Shown piece by piece: positions 37,181-47,962 of a stretch of DNA of 52,680 nucleotides. Made by a program: the position numbers and the translations under genes. Below the pieces are notes generated by a model that searched no databases, was not told where the DNA came from, and worked only from the letters and a program-made list of their open reading frames with translations. This DNA comes from Gammaproteobacteria bacterium. GTDB taxonomy: Bacteria; Pseudomonadota; Gammaproteobacteria; Natronospirales; REEB76. The stretch covers positions 1 to 52,680 of the forward strand of contig DASSKW010000095.1 in assembly GCA_035690065.1 (NCBI GenBank). The letters run 5' to 3'. Position 1 is the first letter of the stretch; each line of letters begins with the position of its first letter.

Positions 37181-38165
37181 GAGCTTCGGAAGAATCGCGT
37201 TGCTCATAGGCACTGACGATACGCTGTACCAATGGATGGCGCACTACATCCGCGGCAGTAAAGAAAGTGAAACTCACGCCTGCCATATCCCGCAATAATT
37301 CGACTGCATCGCGCAACCCGGAGCGCTGGTGCCGGGGGATATCCACCTGGGTGATATCGCCGGTCACCACGGTCCGGGAACCGAAGCCGATACGGGTCAG
37401 GAACATCTTCATCTGCTCAATCGTGGTGTTCTGCGCTTCATCGAGGATGATGAACGCCTCATTCAGGGTTCGTCCACGCATGAAGGCGAGCGGCGCCACT
37501 TCGATGACCCCATGTTCCTGGAGTTTCGTCACCCGCTCGAAACCGAGCATGTCGTAAAGCGCATCGTAGATCGGGCGCAAATAAGGATCCACTTTCTCCG
37601 CCATGCTGCCGGGCAGGAATCCAAGACGTTCACCGGCTTCCACCGCAGGCCGTACCAGCACCAGCCTGCGTACCTGATCGTGATTAAGTGCCGCGACTGC
37701 ACTGGCAACTGCGAGATACGTCTTGCCGGTCCCCGCCGGACCGATGCCGAACGTAAGGTCATGGTCCGCGATATTCTGCAGATAACGGCGTTGATTCAGG
37801 CCCCGGCCGTGGATACGGCCTTCCTTGGTCGCGATGACGATGTCGCCGGCACTTGCTGCCGTACCGTCGGCAGCTTCCGGTGTCGCTGTCATGCCCGATT
37901 GCCGTAATGCAAGATGCACCGTCTCGCGGCGGATGCGCTCATGCGTGGCTGCAGCATAAAGCTGTTTCAGGATCGCAGCGACGGCCTGTATCGCTTTTGC
38001 ATCGCCGATGATGCGAAAGCGATTGCCGCGATTATTGATCTCCACGCCCAGGCCTTGCTCGATCTGGCGCAGATGTTCGTCGAACTGGCCACAGAGGTTG
38101 GCCAACCGCTCGTTATCGGCGGGTTCCAATAGAAGTTCGAGAGAGGCGGGTACGGACTCTGACAA
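37146..38165 (-). CDS. ybeZ: PhoH-like ATPase YbeZ
   Basis: 339-aa ORF with Walker A GPAGTGKTYLAV and FIILDEAQNTT. The last ~12 codons (..APVGGSGDVRRD) are encoded by a REP element. Confidence 0.93.
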   Translation of the reverse strand: MSESVPASLELLLEPADNERLANLCGQFDEHLRQIEQGLGVEINNRGNRFRIIGDAKAIQAVAAILKQLYAAATHERIRRETVHLALRQSGMTATPEAADGTAASAGDIVIATKEGRIHGRGLNQRRYLQNIADHDLTFGIGPAGTGKTYLAVASAVAALNHDQVRRLVLVRPAVEAGERLGFLPGSMAEKVDPYLRPIYDALYDMLGFERVTKLQEHGVIEVAPLAFMRGRTLNEAFIILDEAQNTTIEQMKMFLTRIGFGSRTVVTGDITQVDIPRHQRSGLRDAVELLRDMAGVSFTFFTAADVVRHPLVQRIVSAYEQRDSSEAPVGGSGDVRRD

Positions 38166-38169
38166 AACC

Positions 38170-39543
38170 CTAACCGGAAAGCGTCTGTTGCTGCGAGGAA
38201 AAATCTGTCGTCGCCGTCCGCGTAGCTATCCGTCCACGCAATGAGTTCTGTCTGACGTCGGTGATAACGACATCCACAAAGTGCCCGATGCAGCGGGTAT
38301 CGCCCGGAAAATTCACCCAGCGATTGCATTCCGTCCTGCCCGCCAGTTCGCTGGAATCTTTAGTGGAATGCCGTTCCACCAGCACCCGTTGCGTGGTGCC
38401 CAGCATGCGCTGCATATACTGCTGACCAAAACCGTGGATACGCGCCTGGAGCGCCTCCAGACGCCGCACTTTCTCTTCATGCGATACATCATCTTCGAAC
38501 GATGCGGCCGGTGTCCCCGGACGACGACTGTAGATGAAGCTGAATGCCTGATCGAACCGCATGTCCTCGACCAGTTTCATGGTCGCCTCGAAATCCTTTT
38601 CGGTCTCTCCAGGGAATCCCACGATGATGTCGGTAGACAGACTGATCTCCGGGCGTGCCTGACGCAGTTTCCTTATCTTCGCCTTGTACTCGAGTACTGT
38701 ATGGTTGCGCTTCATGGCGGCCAGGATCCGGTCAGATCCGCTCTGCACCGGCAGGTGCAGATAGTTCGCGAGTTTCGGTATCTCGGCATAGGCCCGGATC
38801 AGGCGATCGCCGAATTCCAGGGGATGCGAGGTGGTGAAACGGATGCGCTCCATACCATCGAGTGCCGCCACATATTCGATCAGAAGTGCAAGATCGGCAA
38901 CTGCGCCATCATGCATGGGCCCGCGATAACCATTTACATTCTGCCCCAGCAGTGTCACTTCCTTGACACCCTGTTCGACCAGTTCCGCGACCTCGGCGAT
39001 CACGTCGTCGAATGGGCGGCTGACTTCCTCGCCACGGGTATAAGGCACCACACAGAACGTACAGTATTTGCTGCAGCCTTCCATGATGGATACGAACGCA
39101 GTCGAGCCTTCTGCACGCGGGGGCGGCAGGTTGTCGAATTTCTCGATCTCGGGAAATGAGATATCCACCACTGACCGATGTGTCCGGCGGGTCTCTTCGA
39201 GCATCTCCGGCAACCGGTGCAGAGTCTGCGGACCAAACACCAGATCCACGAACGGCGCACGCTTGACGATGCCCTCACCCTCCTGGCTGGCGACACATCC
39301 ACCCACGCCTATGACGAGATCAGGGTTCCTCTGCTTGTACTCTCGCCACCAGCCGAGCTGGGAAAACACTTTTTCCTGTGCCTTTTCACGGATGGAACAG
39401 GTATTAAGTAACAGGATATCCGCTTCTTCTGCTATTTCCGTCTGCACGCAATCATGGGATGCCCGTAGTACCTCCACCATCTTGGCAGAGTCATACTCGT
39501 TCATCTGACATCCGAAAGTCTTGACGTGAAGCTTGAGAGACAT
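38170..39543 (-). CDS. miaB: tRNA-i6A37 methylthiotransferase MiaB
   Basis: Contains [16 protein letters not shown] and the radical-SAM motif [20 protein letters not shown] 39543 is preferred. The ORF track begins at GTG 39552. Confidence 0.95.
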   Translation of the reverse strand: MSLKLHVKTFGCQMNEYDSAKMVEVLRASHDCVQTEIAEEADILLLNTCSIREKAQEKVFSQLGWWREYKQRNPDLVIGVGGCVASQEGEGIVKRAPFVDLVFGPQTLHRLPEMLEETRRTHRSVVDISFPEIEKFDNLPPPRAEGSTAFVSIMEGCSKYCTFCVVPYTRGEEVSRPFDDVIAEVAELVEQGVKEVTLLGQNVNGYRGPMHDGAVADLALLIEYVAALDGMERIRFTTSHPLEFGDRLIRAYAEIPKLANYLHLPVQSGSDRILAAMKRNHTVLEYKAKIRKLRQARPEISLSTDIIVGFPGETEKDFEATMKLVEDMRFDQAFSFIYSRRPGTPAASFEDDVSHEEKVRRLEALQARIHGFGQQYMQRMLGTTQRVLVERHSTKDSSELAGRTECNRWVNFPGDTRCIGHFVDVVITDVRQNSLRGRIATRTATTDFSSQQQTLSG

Positions 39544-39616
39544 GGAATACACGTGTTTTGCCAGCCGGTAAGCTTGGCATTTTAACCGCTGGGCACCCTT
39601 CAGGGCGACCCGGGAT

Positions 39617-41545
39617 TCAGTTTTTGACCAGTCTGACTACTTTGTTGGCGGCACCGTTCGCATCAGCGACGGATTGAGCGATCTCGGCGTCCTTACCGGG
39701 CTCGAATTCCGGGACGGTGGCTTTAAGAGCCCGGAATATCTCCTCCAGATCGCGGCCGCCAAGGCTTGTTTCCAGGCGGTGCAACTGCCCGTTCAACCGC
39801 TCCCAGTCTATGGTGCAGCACTCCGCCAGCAATAACTTGGGGTGGGTTGTCGGCTTAAGAGCCTCGCGGGCGTAGAAGAGCTCTTCATGGAGTTTTTCTC
39901 CGGGGCGCAACCCGGTGTAGGCAACCTTGATGTCTCGATCAAGTTTCAACCCACTGAGACGGATCATCTGTTCGGCCAGGTCCCGGATACGGACAGGCTG
40001 GCCCATGTCCAGCACGAATATCTCTCCGCCCCGCCCCATCGCCGCCGCCTGGAGGATCAAGCTGGCCGCCTCGGAGATGGTCATGAAGTAACGCGTGACT
40101 TCAGGATGAGTCACCGTCACCGGGCCTCCGCAGGCGATCTGTTGCTCAAACAGCGGTACTACAGAACCGGTGGACCCAAGTACATTACCGAAACGCGTGG
40201 TGATGAAATGAGCCCCGGCGTGATAACTGAGCCCCTGACAGTAAAGTTCAGCCACACGTTTGGAGGCCCCCATCACACTGACCGGATTGACAGTCTTGTC
40301 GGTGGAGATCAGTACAAAACATTCATTACCATTACGGACAGCAGCATCTGCCAGCACCTTGGTACCGACGACATTGTTCCGCACCCCCTCCAATGCATTC
40401 TCTTCCACGATGGGCACGTGTTTGTAGGCAGCCGCATGAAAGACGATCTGTGGTTTATGCCGGGCGAATAGTTCCTCTACCGCACCGGCATCCTGAACAT
40501 CGCCCAATATGAGTTGCAGACGTGATTCGAGACCCGAGCTATTCAGCTCCTGGCCCAACTTGTAGATGTTGTATTCGCTGTTATCCAGAACGATCAGCTT
40601 ACGCGGATGCCAGCAGAGAAGTTGCCGGCATAACTCCGAACCTATGGAGCCGCCACCGCCGGTCACCAGGATACATTTATCCCTGAAGAAATCACTGATC
40701 GCTTTTGAATCCAGCATCACCGGTTCGCGCCCGAGCAGATCCTCTACAGTCACCGGGCGCAATCTGGATATCTCGACTCGACCGTCTGCCAGTTCTCCCA
40801 GTGAAGGCAGCGTCCGGCAAACCACTTTGGCTTCATTGCACTGCTGCAATATCAGATCCATGACTTCGCGGGAAGCTGACGGGATCGCTATGAGGACTAT
40901 GTTGATTTCATAAGCGGATACCAGACGACGGATCTCCGACAGGTAGCCACGCACCCGAACGCCGTGCACCTCATGACCATGCTTACTGGGATCGTCATCG
41001 ACTAGCGCTACCGGCAAGAAAGGCCCGGAGTTGCGTTTCAGATCGCGAATCAGCAATTCTCCTGCGCGACCTGCCCCCACGATCAGAGCTCGTCCACCGT
41101 GTGTACCAGCATCCTCCAGATCATCCCAACTGTCCTTGAGGATACGATATACCATGCGTCCACCGCCCAGACCGAAACAAAGCAGCAGCGGATACAGCAC
41201 CAATACAGAACGCGGCACACCATCCAGTCTGCCGATCAGAAATGCAGTCAGCACTGTGGCAAGCGCGCCTACCAGCACCGCCTTGATGATGCGCACCAGA
41301 TCCGGGATGGATGCATAACGCCAGATACCGCGATAGCAACCAAAAAACCAGAAGACTAACGCGTGTACGGGTAAAGCGACTGCAACCAGCTCAAACGCAC
41401 CCCGAAGATACGTGGACGGTACGCTGCCCAGGTTGAAACGGATCCAGTAGGCGAACAGGATTGCAGCCGCAACCCACAAAAGATCGTGCGCAAATACTGT
41501 CCAGCGGTTGCGTAACAGCTGCCACCCGTTGCCATCCCTACTCAC
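39617..41545 (-). CDS. membrane-anchored nucleotide-sugar 4,6-dehydratase (WbpM/PglF/CapD family)
   Basis: 642-aa ORF with N-terminal TM helices, followed by [10 protein letters not shown] and [12 protein letters not shown] Rossmann motifs and a CapD-type core. Confidence 0.9.
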   Translation of the reverse strand: MSRDGNGWQLLRNRWTVFAHDLLWVAAAILFAYWIRFNLGSVPSTYLRGAFELVAVALPVHALVFWFFGCYRGIWRYASIPDLVRIIKAVLVGALATVLTAFLIGRLDGVPRSVLVLYPLLLCFGLGGGRMVYRILKDSWDDLEDAGTHGGRALIVGAGRAGELLIRDLKRNSGPFLPVALVDDDPSKHGHEVHGVRVRGYLSEIRRLVSAYEINIVLIAIPSASREVMDLILQQCNEAKVVCRTLPSLGELADGRVEISRLRPVTVEDLLGREPVMLDSKAISDFFRDKCILVTGGGGSIGSELCRQLLCWHPRKLIVLDNSEYNIYKLGQELNSSGLESRLQLILGDVQDAGAVEELFARHKPQIVFHAAAYKHVPIVEENALEGVRNNVVGTKVLADAAVRNGNECFVLISTDKTVNPVSVMGASKRVAELYCQGLSYHAGAHFITTRFGNVLGSTGSVVPLFEQQIACGGPVTVTHPEVTRYFMTISEAASLILQAAAMGRGGEIFVLDMGQPVRIRDLAEQMIRLSGLKLDRDIKVAYTGLRPGEKLHEELFYAREALKPTTHPKLLLAECCTIDWERLNGQLHRLETSLGGRDLEEIFRALKATVPEFEPGKDAEIAQSVADANGAANKVVRLVKN

Positions 41546-41557
41546 ACCAAATTCCTT

Positions 41558-42604
41558 TTACTCAAGCGCTCTGTTTTTGAGCAGAGCATTAACCCCCAAA
41601 CCAATCACTGCATAGGCTGCAGCGAGAAAGCCAAGACCCACCCACTGCTGGAGCGGAGCAGCTTTTAATAACAGTAATATCAAGAGGCTACAGGATACCA
41701 TGAGAGCGTACTCCCATTGAACCACCCGCCGGTGGCTCCAGCCGGCTCTTACCAATCTCTGGTAGAAATGCTCCCGATGCGCCTGCCACAGGGCCTCGCG
41801 GCGCAGGGCTCTCCGGAACAGTGTCCAACTCGCATCCACCACAAAGGGAGAAAAGATCACTAATCCCGCCCACCAGGGGAAAAGCCCCCGCCGATCAGCC
41901 ACCATGACGCAAGCCGCCGCCAGAAAGCCGACCGTACCGGAGCCTGCATCTCCCATGAATATGCGTGCCGGAGGAAAATTGAAAAGCAGAAATGCGGCAG
42001 CGGCAGCGCTGATCGTGCTACAGAAAAGCGCGTAACCCAGCCCCCCCGCTGCACCACCGAGGATCGCCATGCTGCCGAAACCGATCACAGTCATGCCGGC
42101 GGCAAAGCCGTCCATACCATCCATGAAGTTGTACAGGTTTGTTACCCATACTATCGCCAAGACACTCAGTACACCTGCCGCAATCGCCGGCAGAGACAGC
42201 GAGATGCCGGGCAACACCAGACGCTCGACAATCGTTCCCGTCAGCACAAGACCGCAGGCAGCCGCGACCTGTACCAGCAACCGCCAATGTGGAACCACAC
42301 CACGCCAGTCATCTACAGCCCCCGTTATCGCCACCAGGAATGAAATTGCAACAACCTTGCCCAACCCGATATCAAACCATCCCGATATCCACATGCATCC
42401 CATACCGGCAAGGATACCCAGCATGATGCCCAACCCGCCCACGCGTGGCACTGGCGAATCGTGCAATGAACGCCGGTTCGGAAAATCCAGCGGAATCCAG
42501 CTAAGGCGACTGTTTGTCAGCAATCTGCAGACCAGTGCCGACACCAGAAATGCCACCACCGGCGTTGCAATCAGGGTGCACAGTTTTGGTAACGTAATAT
42601 CCAC
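41558..42604 (-). CDS. polyprenyl-phosphate HexNAc-1-phosphate transferase (MraY/WecA family, WbpL-like)
   Basis: 348-aa polytopic ORF containing DDWRG and NLYNFMDGMDG motifs. Confidence 0.88.
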   Translation of the reverse strand: MDITLPKLCTLIATPVVAFLVSALVCRLLTNSRLSWIPLDFPNRRSLHDSPVPRVGGLGIMLGILAGMGCMWISGWFDIGLGKVVAISFLVAITGAVDDWRGVVPHWRLLVQVAAACGLVLTGTIVERLVLPGISLSLPAIAAGVLSVLAIVWVTNLYNFMDGMDGFAAGMTVIGFGSMAILGGAAGGLGYALFCSTISAAAAAFLLFNFPPARIFMGDAGSGTVGFLAAACVMVADRRGLFPWWAGLVIFSPFVVDASWTLFRRALRREALWQAHREHFYQRLVRAGWSHRRVVQWEYALMVSCSLLILLLLKAAPLQQWVGLGFLAAAYAVIGLGVNALLKNRALE

Positions 42605-42612
42605 GGCAGGCT

Positions 42613-43482
42613 TCAGTTGCGAGGGTACACGATCCGGAACATGCCCGGCATGAATCCAAAATCGTTGGCGGCCTGAGAATAATCAATCGTCATATCCTGC
42701 TTCAACCGTTCGATAGCGGAAGGTGACACACTACGCCATCTCGGGTGTATGCGTGCAATCCCGAGTAACAATCTCAACAATCCTTCAGGAAGCCGTAAGA
42801 ATCTTGGGGTCTTATCCAGACGTCGAAAGATGTACCGCGCAATCGCTTCAAAATCCAGGCATTCGCCGCCACCCAGGTTATAGGTGTGGGAGAATGTACG
42901 TTCATTTTCGACCACCCGCATGCAGGCATCGGCAAGATCATCGGCATGCAGTGGTTGACGCAGGCCACGCGTCTTGCTGAGCAGAGGGAATACTCCATAT
43001 CGTTTCATGAATCCGGCCATGAGTGCGATATTTTTGTCGCGTACGCCATCATAGACCATAGTCGGTCTCAATAACGTCCACTCGATATTGTTACTCGCGC
43101 AATAGTCAATAAAATTCTCTTCAGCATGTAATTGATCCGCCACCAACCTGCGATCGAATTCATGTTTCGACTTGTTTTTCATGATCACGCTGGTCGTTCC
43201 CAGCGCGACTACCCTCTTGATCGAGGTTTCGTGCAAATTGGAATTCAAGGCAATAAAGTGCGGCAGTGGCGCCAGATGCACGAGTGTAGAAACATCCCGA
43301 TCCAGCACTTCGTGCAGACGGTTCCTGGAAGAATCGAAAACCCGCCAATCCATACCTGGTTCAACTGCGTGCGCGTAACGGGACAGGGCCAGGACACGGT
43401 AACCAGTCTGCTGTGCGCGCGGGAGCAGATAATGACCAACCAGGCTGGTCGCGCCGATCACGGCCATGCTCTGCCGGATCAT
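42613..43482 (-). CDS. NAD-dependent epimerase/dehydratase-family (atypical SDR) protein
   Basis: Trimmed to ATG 43482 (ATGA overlap with the GT2 stop), giving MIRQSMAVIGATSLVGHYLL, a glycine-rich Rossmann start. 289 aa. Confidence 0.7.
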   Translation of the reverse strand: MIRQSMAVIGATSLVGHYLLPRAQQTGYRVLALSRYAHAVEPGMDWRVFDSSRNRLHEVLDRDVSTLVHLAPLPHFIALNSNLHETSIKRVVALGTTSVIMKNKSKHEFDRRLVADQLHAEENFIDYCASNNIEWTLLRPTMVYDGVRDKNIALMAGFMKRYGVFPLLSKTRGLRQPLHADDLADACMRVVENERTFSHTYNLGGGECLDFEAIARYIFRRLDKTPRFLRLPEGLLRLLLGIARIHPRWRSVSPSAIERLKQDMTIDYSQAANDFGFMPGMFRIVYPRN

Positions 43483-44453
43483 GTTGCCGTGCCTGCAACT
43501 CTGCGCAACCACATGGAGAAGATCCGCGGCGATGCCATCAGTGCGATCCCCGCAAAACGGCTCGACACTCCACACCAGACCAGCCAACGTACCCATGCAT
43601 GTCTGCAGGGTGGATAGTGCTGCCTGAAAAACCGCCACATACCGCGGTGTTTGTGCCATTCAACAAACAATGGTCTTGAGCGGCTGGAGACGCCTTTTTC
43701 GTGAACTGCGCGGGCCTGCGGCACAAACCAGACACCGTATCCGGCAGCCGCAGCACGGGCGCAAATATCGATATCCTCGAAATGCAGGAAATACCCTTCA
43801 TCCATGCCCCGAAGCCGCCTGAAAACATCTGCTTTTATTGCCATAAAAGCCCCTGAGACGGCTTCCACCCTGACTGGTCGATCCGGCAAGGGTTCACCTG
43901 TCTGATTGAATCCGGTGAGAAGCCATCGGAACAGCACCGACTCGCCCAGACCTGAAACTGGTGTGGGTAAACGACGGCGGCATCCTCGCTGCTCGGTGCC
44001 GTCCGGGTTCACAACCAGGGCGCCAACCACGCCAGCTTCCGGCAAATCATTCGCACGCCGGATCAATTCCGACACCGCCCCCGGATCCAGCAGGCAGTCC
44101 GGGTTTACCAACACCAGATATGAGGATGCGAGGTTATTCGCCCCAATATTTACTGCGCGTGCAAAACCAAGGTTTTCTCGGGTTTCAATTATTCGGATTC
44201 TATTATCACTGACTTTTTGTCTGAGGATATCCAGGCTGGCATCCTGAGAGCCATTATCAACGACGACGATTTCCCTGACGGATTCATCATTCAATAACGA
44301 ACCGACGGCCATAGTCAGATATTCGGCGGAATTGAAATTGACAAGCACCACGGCCGCGCTTTGCATATCGGACCCAGGATTATGATTCAGGTTATTCATG
44401 ATCCAGTCAAAAAGTTCATCCGGATTGATAGCCCATGCTCGCGGCAACTTCAC
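43479..44453 (-). CDS. family 2 glycosyltransferase
   Basis: Contains VVLVNFNSAEYLTMAVGSLL, VVDNGSQDAS, LVNPDCLL and FLHFEDIDICAR motifs. The exact start is uncertain (ATG 44453, 44399 or 44366). Confidence 0.85.
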   Translation of the reverse strand: MKLPRAWAINPDELFDWIMNNLNHNPGSDMQSAAVVLVNFNSAEYLTMAVGSLLNDESVREIVVVDNGSQDASLDILRQKVSDNRIRIIETRENLGFARAVNIGANNLASSYLVLVNPDCLLDPGAVSELIRRANDLPEAGVVGALVVNPDGTEQRGCRRRLPTPVSGLGESVLFRWLLTGFNQTGEPLPDRPVRVEAVSGAFMAIKADVFRRLRGMDEGYFLHFEDIDICARAAAAGYGVWFVPQARAVHEKGVSSRSRPLFVEWHKHRGMWRFFRQHYPPCRHAWVRWLVWCGVSSRFAGIALMASPRIFSMWLRRVAGTAT

Positions 44454-44527
44454 TCTGGATATTATTATTCAGCTACGCGCCTTGCGATTATTACATGCGC
44501 TGTATCTTCCAACACACAGGGCACAAT

Positions 44528-45967
44528 CTACCGCGCTACGTTTAGATGGTATTTCTTGAGTATTTCCATACCATGCGCGCAAAGTTTAGCATTCGGACAT
44601 TCCCATCTGGGCAATACGTCAGTCGTCTGGCGGCCCGCCACGATTTCTTTCAACAGTCCGGTCACTTTGGCATTACTACGTACCTGGTAGTGAGCAAGCT
44701 TCACCGTGTAATTAAGGTTGGCGATCTCGATTGCAAGGAGCAACGTCATTATGGATACCAACGGAACCCTGCGCCAGAAGCGCGCAGGTCCTGCGACCCA
44801 GTCGAGCCCGATGATCCATGCAACCCCCACCATCCACAGATGTGAATCGAATACATAACGTGGCACGATGGTGCCATGCAATGCACTATGATCACTTCCG
44901 AAACGACCTATCAAGACCTCCAATACGAATATCCCGGAATACAGTATCAACAGGAGCGGTACCCATGTGACCCGCCAGTGACGGGCGGCAAAGTAACGCC
45001 ATAACGCCCAAATCAATACTGCGCTGCCCAATACTGCAAGAATATTTTCCAGAATCGCGTGATGCCACGCTACCGCATCGATGTTGAGCATACTGTTGGC
45101 GAGCATGCCGTATATATATGCAATGGCGCCCAGCGGGTTATCGAGTACATCCAGAACTCTATACACCAGACCCCCACCGTTGCTGCGGTTGGAATCAAGC
45201 AAAACAAGATATATACCTATTGCAAAGATACCAACCATTATTAAAGGCAGAGCATGACGCCATATACGGGACCGTATTCCGGGATCAAGAAAGATCGCGA
45301 GCAGGGTCACGATGACACAAGCCCCAATCAGTGCCGGGCTTCGTGCGCCGGAAAACCCCCACACACACAATAGAAGGATGACCACCAACCAGAGCAATCC
45401 GGCACGAGTCACACCGGACGTCAGGGCGCGAGAGAAGCCACAGAGGAATGCGATTTGCAGCAGCATCTCGCCGAACCCCCCCAGGGCCAATAAAGAATAA
45501 ACATAGTTTGCCCATTGATTGAAGCTCATCAGGATCACGCCCGTCGTGAGCAGTGTGAAACTGACGAAAATACTGCGCGCACCATTAAAGCTGGTCGCCA
45601 TCTCCCGTAAAACGAGAACGACGGTCGCGGCGAGTAACGCAAGTCCGGCAAATATCTCGACCAATAGATTCAGGCCAAGGTACTTCGCATTGAAAAGAAA
45701 AAGCAGCTTGTAGCCGGGTTTTACGTGCTCCGAATGACTGCTCCAGATATCCTGCCAGTCGAGTGTACCGGAAAGATAGTTGTCCACCATATCCAGAAAT
45801 CGCCACTGGTCACGTGATATGAAACTTGCGTCGATGGACCAAGCATACCAAGACACCAGTATGAACCAGAACATCAATGGCGAGATTACAATCAGAAGCG
45901 TTTTAACATTGCCGGAAATGAGACGCTGCAAAGAGTTACTCAAGACGGTTGGTTTCATTACCATCAT
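44528..45967 (-). CDS. polytopic inner-membrane protein, function unknown (candidate GT-C glycosyltransferase or polymerase)
   Basis: 479-aa ORF with at least 10 hydrophobic segments. It has an early acidic loop (RDQWRFLDMVDNY) and a C-terminal soluble tail with ECPNAKLC. The DNA is AT-rich. An ATGA overlap joins it to the wecE stop. Confidence 0.6.
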   Translation of the reverse strand: MMVMKPTVLSNSLQRLISGNVKTLLIVISPLMFWFILVSWYAWSIDASFISRDQWRFLDMVDNYLSGTLDWQDIWSSHSEHVKPGYKLLFLFNAKYLGLNLLVEIFAGLALLAATVVLVLREMATSFNGARSIFVSFTLLTTGVILMSFNQWANYVYSLLALGGFGEMLLQIAFLCGFSRALTSGVTRAGLLWLVVILLLCVWGFSGARSPALIGACVIVTLLAIFLDPGIRSRIWRHALPLIMVGIFAIGIYLVLLDSNRSNGGGLVYRVLDVLDNPLGAIAYIYGMLANSMLNIDAVAWHHAILENILAVLGSAVLIWALWRYFAARHWRVTWVPLLLILYSGIFVLEVLIGRFGSDHSALHGTIVPRYVFDSHLWMVGVAWIIGLDWVAGPARFWRRVPLVSIMTLLLAIEIANLNYTVKLAHYQVRSNAKVTGLLKEIVAGRQTTDVLPRWECPNAKLCAHGMEILKKYHLNVAR

Positions 45968-47097
45968 TGCTCAAAAAAGCGAAACAACAGCGCAGCAATA
46001 TTGTCCACCATCGCCGGCGTCATGTCCGACCACAAAGGCAAGCGAACCAGCCGTTCTGCCAAATCATCGGTATTCTGGAGTGACCCATGCGTTCGACCAA
46101 ATCGTCGTCCGGCTGGAGAACTGTGTAGTGGAACATAATGGTGTACAGCACCGATCCCGTTCTGTTTCATGAAATCAAGCAGTCTGCGCGCATCTTCCGG
46201 TCTCCTGGTCAAGACAAAAAATATGTGTGCGTTATGCCCTACTTCCGGGGGGATCATAGGAGGTTTCAGCAAACCGCTATCGAATAGTGGTTTGAGTTTC
46301 TGCTGGTACAGGTTCCATATCTTCAGGCGGCGTGCCGTGATCTCATGTGCCGCATCAAGCTGAGACATCAGAAAGGCAGCCACCAGTTCCGATGGCAGAA
46401 ACGAGGAGCCAACGTCCACCCAGGTATATTTATCCACCTCGCCGCGGAAGAACTTGGAACGGTTCGTGCCCTTCTCCCAGATTATCTCTGCGCGCTCCAT
46501 TAATTCATCATCATTAATCAGAAGCGCGCCTCCCTCACCTGAAACTATATTTTTTGTCTCGTGAAAACTGATCGCAGCGAGCTGACCAAATGTCCCGGCA
46601 TGACGCCCGCGATAGGTCGATAACAGGGACTGGGCAGCATCCTCCACTACGGTTGCCTTGCATTCCGCAGCAATTTCCACGATCTCATCCATGCGGCATG
46701 GAACACCAGCATAATGTACCGGTGCAATTGCCTTGGTACGCGAAGTAACTGCCGCCGCAATCGCCTCCGGCGTGACATTGAGATTTACCGGATCCACGTC
46801 CACAAATATCGGGATGGCACCACGTAACACGAATGCATTAGCAGTGGAAACAAACGTGAACGAAGGCATGATAACTTCATCGCCTGGGCCAGCATTGCTG
46901 AGGATCGCACCCATCTCCAGCGCTGCGGTACAGGAATGAGTAAGCAGCGCCTTGCGACAGCCCAGCGTCTCCTCCAACCACTCCTGGCAACGACGGGTGA
47001 ACTCACCGTTACCCATCAGCCGGCCCTTCTCCATGGCCTGGCGGATATAGTCCAGTTCGTGACCCGTAAGTGCAGGCTGGGTAAAACGGATACTCAT
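45964..47097 (-). CDS. wecE: dTDP-4-amino-4,6-dideoxygalactose transaminase (WecE/RffA-type DegT family)
   Basis: 377-aa ORF, collinear from memory with E. coli WecE. Shared segments are FTRRCQEWLEE, DEVIMPSFTFVSTANAFVLRGA, VVEDAAQ, SFHETKN, EKGTNRS.FFRGEVDKYTW.D.GSS and LVRLPLW. Confidence 0.88.
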   Translation of the reverse strand: MSIRFTQPALTGHELDYIRQAMEKGRLMGNGEFTRRCQEWLEETLGCRKALLTHSCTAALEMGAILSNAGPGDEVIMPSFTFVSTANAFVLRGAIPIFVDVDPVNLNVTPEAIAAAVTSRTKAIAPVHYAGVPCRMDEIVEIAAECKATVVEDAAQSLLSTYRGRHAGTFGQLAAISFHETKNIVSGEGGALLINDDELMERAEIIWEKGTNRSKFFRGEVDKYTWVDVGSSFLPSELVAAFLMSQLDAAHEITARRLKIWNLYQQKLKPLFDSGLLKPPMIPPEVGHNAHIFFVLTRRPEDARRLLDFMKQNGIGAVHHYVPLHSSPAGRRFGRTHGSLQNTDDLAERLVRLPLWSDMTPAMVDNIAALLFRFFEQ

Positions 47098-47112
47098 CGA
47101 TAACTCCAGAGG

Positions 47113-47427
47113 CTAATTGAATCCGTACAGAATAATACCCACGAGGATGAGCATGATACCCGGTAAAACCCTGGGGGGTATTCGCTCACCCAGGAAATAA
47201 TGTGACATGCCAAGTACCAGCACATGGGTTGCTGCCGTAGCCATGTACACGAACCCGAGACTGAGTCCCCGCAAGGCAAAGAATGTGGTGACCGGTACTG
47301 CACCGAACAACAGGATCGAGAACCCCAAATCCGCACGCTTGTGGCTACGGTAATAATGTTTGAAAAGCACCATGCCCGTCGCCGTGCATAACAGCGAAAT
47401 CGTCAATGCCAGGCTGGACAGCATCAT
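47113..47427 (-). CDS. 4-TM DMT/SMR-like protein, ArnE/ArnF-like flippase subunit (A)
   Basis: 104-aa hydrophobic ORF containing ALRGLSLGFVYMATAATHVLVLGMSHYFLGERI and ILVGIILY. An ATGA overlap joins it to the upstream acetyltransferase stop. Confidence 0.65.
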   Translation of the reverse strand: MMLSSLALTISLLCTATGMVLFKHYYRSHKRADLGFSILLFGAVPVTTFFALRGLSLGFVYMATAATHVLVLGMSHYFLGERIPPRVLPGIMLILVGIILYGFN

Positions 47428-47960
47428 GAAAGATCACGCTTCCCGATCTGTCGTGACGGGACCCCGCCCACTATTACAGCGGGTGGTATATCTGTGGTTA
47501 CCACTGCACCAGCGGCCACCACTGCGCCTTGGCCGATGGATACACCCTGAAGAATGATGGCACCGGCACCGATCCAGACGCCGTCCTCGACGCGGATCGA
47601 GGCCCCCACATCCGGCAAATCCGGGTGCGCGGGATCATGGCCTGCAGCATGAAATCGTACATTCGGGGCGATGCGCACATTGTTGCCGATGGTGATGCGA
47701 GCGTCGCCCCCATAAAGTCCCGGATAGAACTCAACGCCCCGGTTGATGCTTACGTTCGAACCTATCACCACCAGCCACGGGTATTTGAAATACACCCGGT
47801 AATCGAAATGTACCCCCTGGCCGATCTTTCCAAGCAAGAGCTTGAAACCCAACCAGCGAATCGGCGGGGGCATTATCGCAAGTATGTGCTGCACGATGTT
47901 CAGAGCATACACATACCAATCGTTGACGATGCGCTTGCGATGATTGCCACTGAATAACAT
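47424..47960 (-). CDS. left-handed beta-helix (hexapeptide) acetyltransferase, WcaF-like
   Basis: 178-aa ORF. Hexapeptide repeats run from IGSNVSINRGVEF through IGNNVRIAPNVRF to VEDGVWIGAGAIILQGVSIGQGAVVAAGAVVTTDIP. Confidence 0.85.
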   Translation of the reverse strand: MLFSGNHRKRIVNDWYVYALNIVQHILAIMPPPIRWLGFKLLLGKIGQGVHFDYRVYFKYPWLVVIGSNVSINRGVEFYPGLYGGDARITIGNNVRIAPNVRFHAAGHDPAHPDLPDVGASIRVEDGVWIGAGAIILQGVSIGQGAVVAAGAVVTTDIPPAVIVGGVPSRQIGKRDLS

Positions 47961-47962
47961 AT

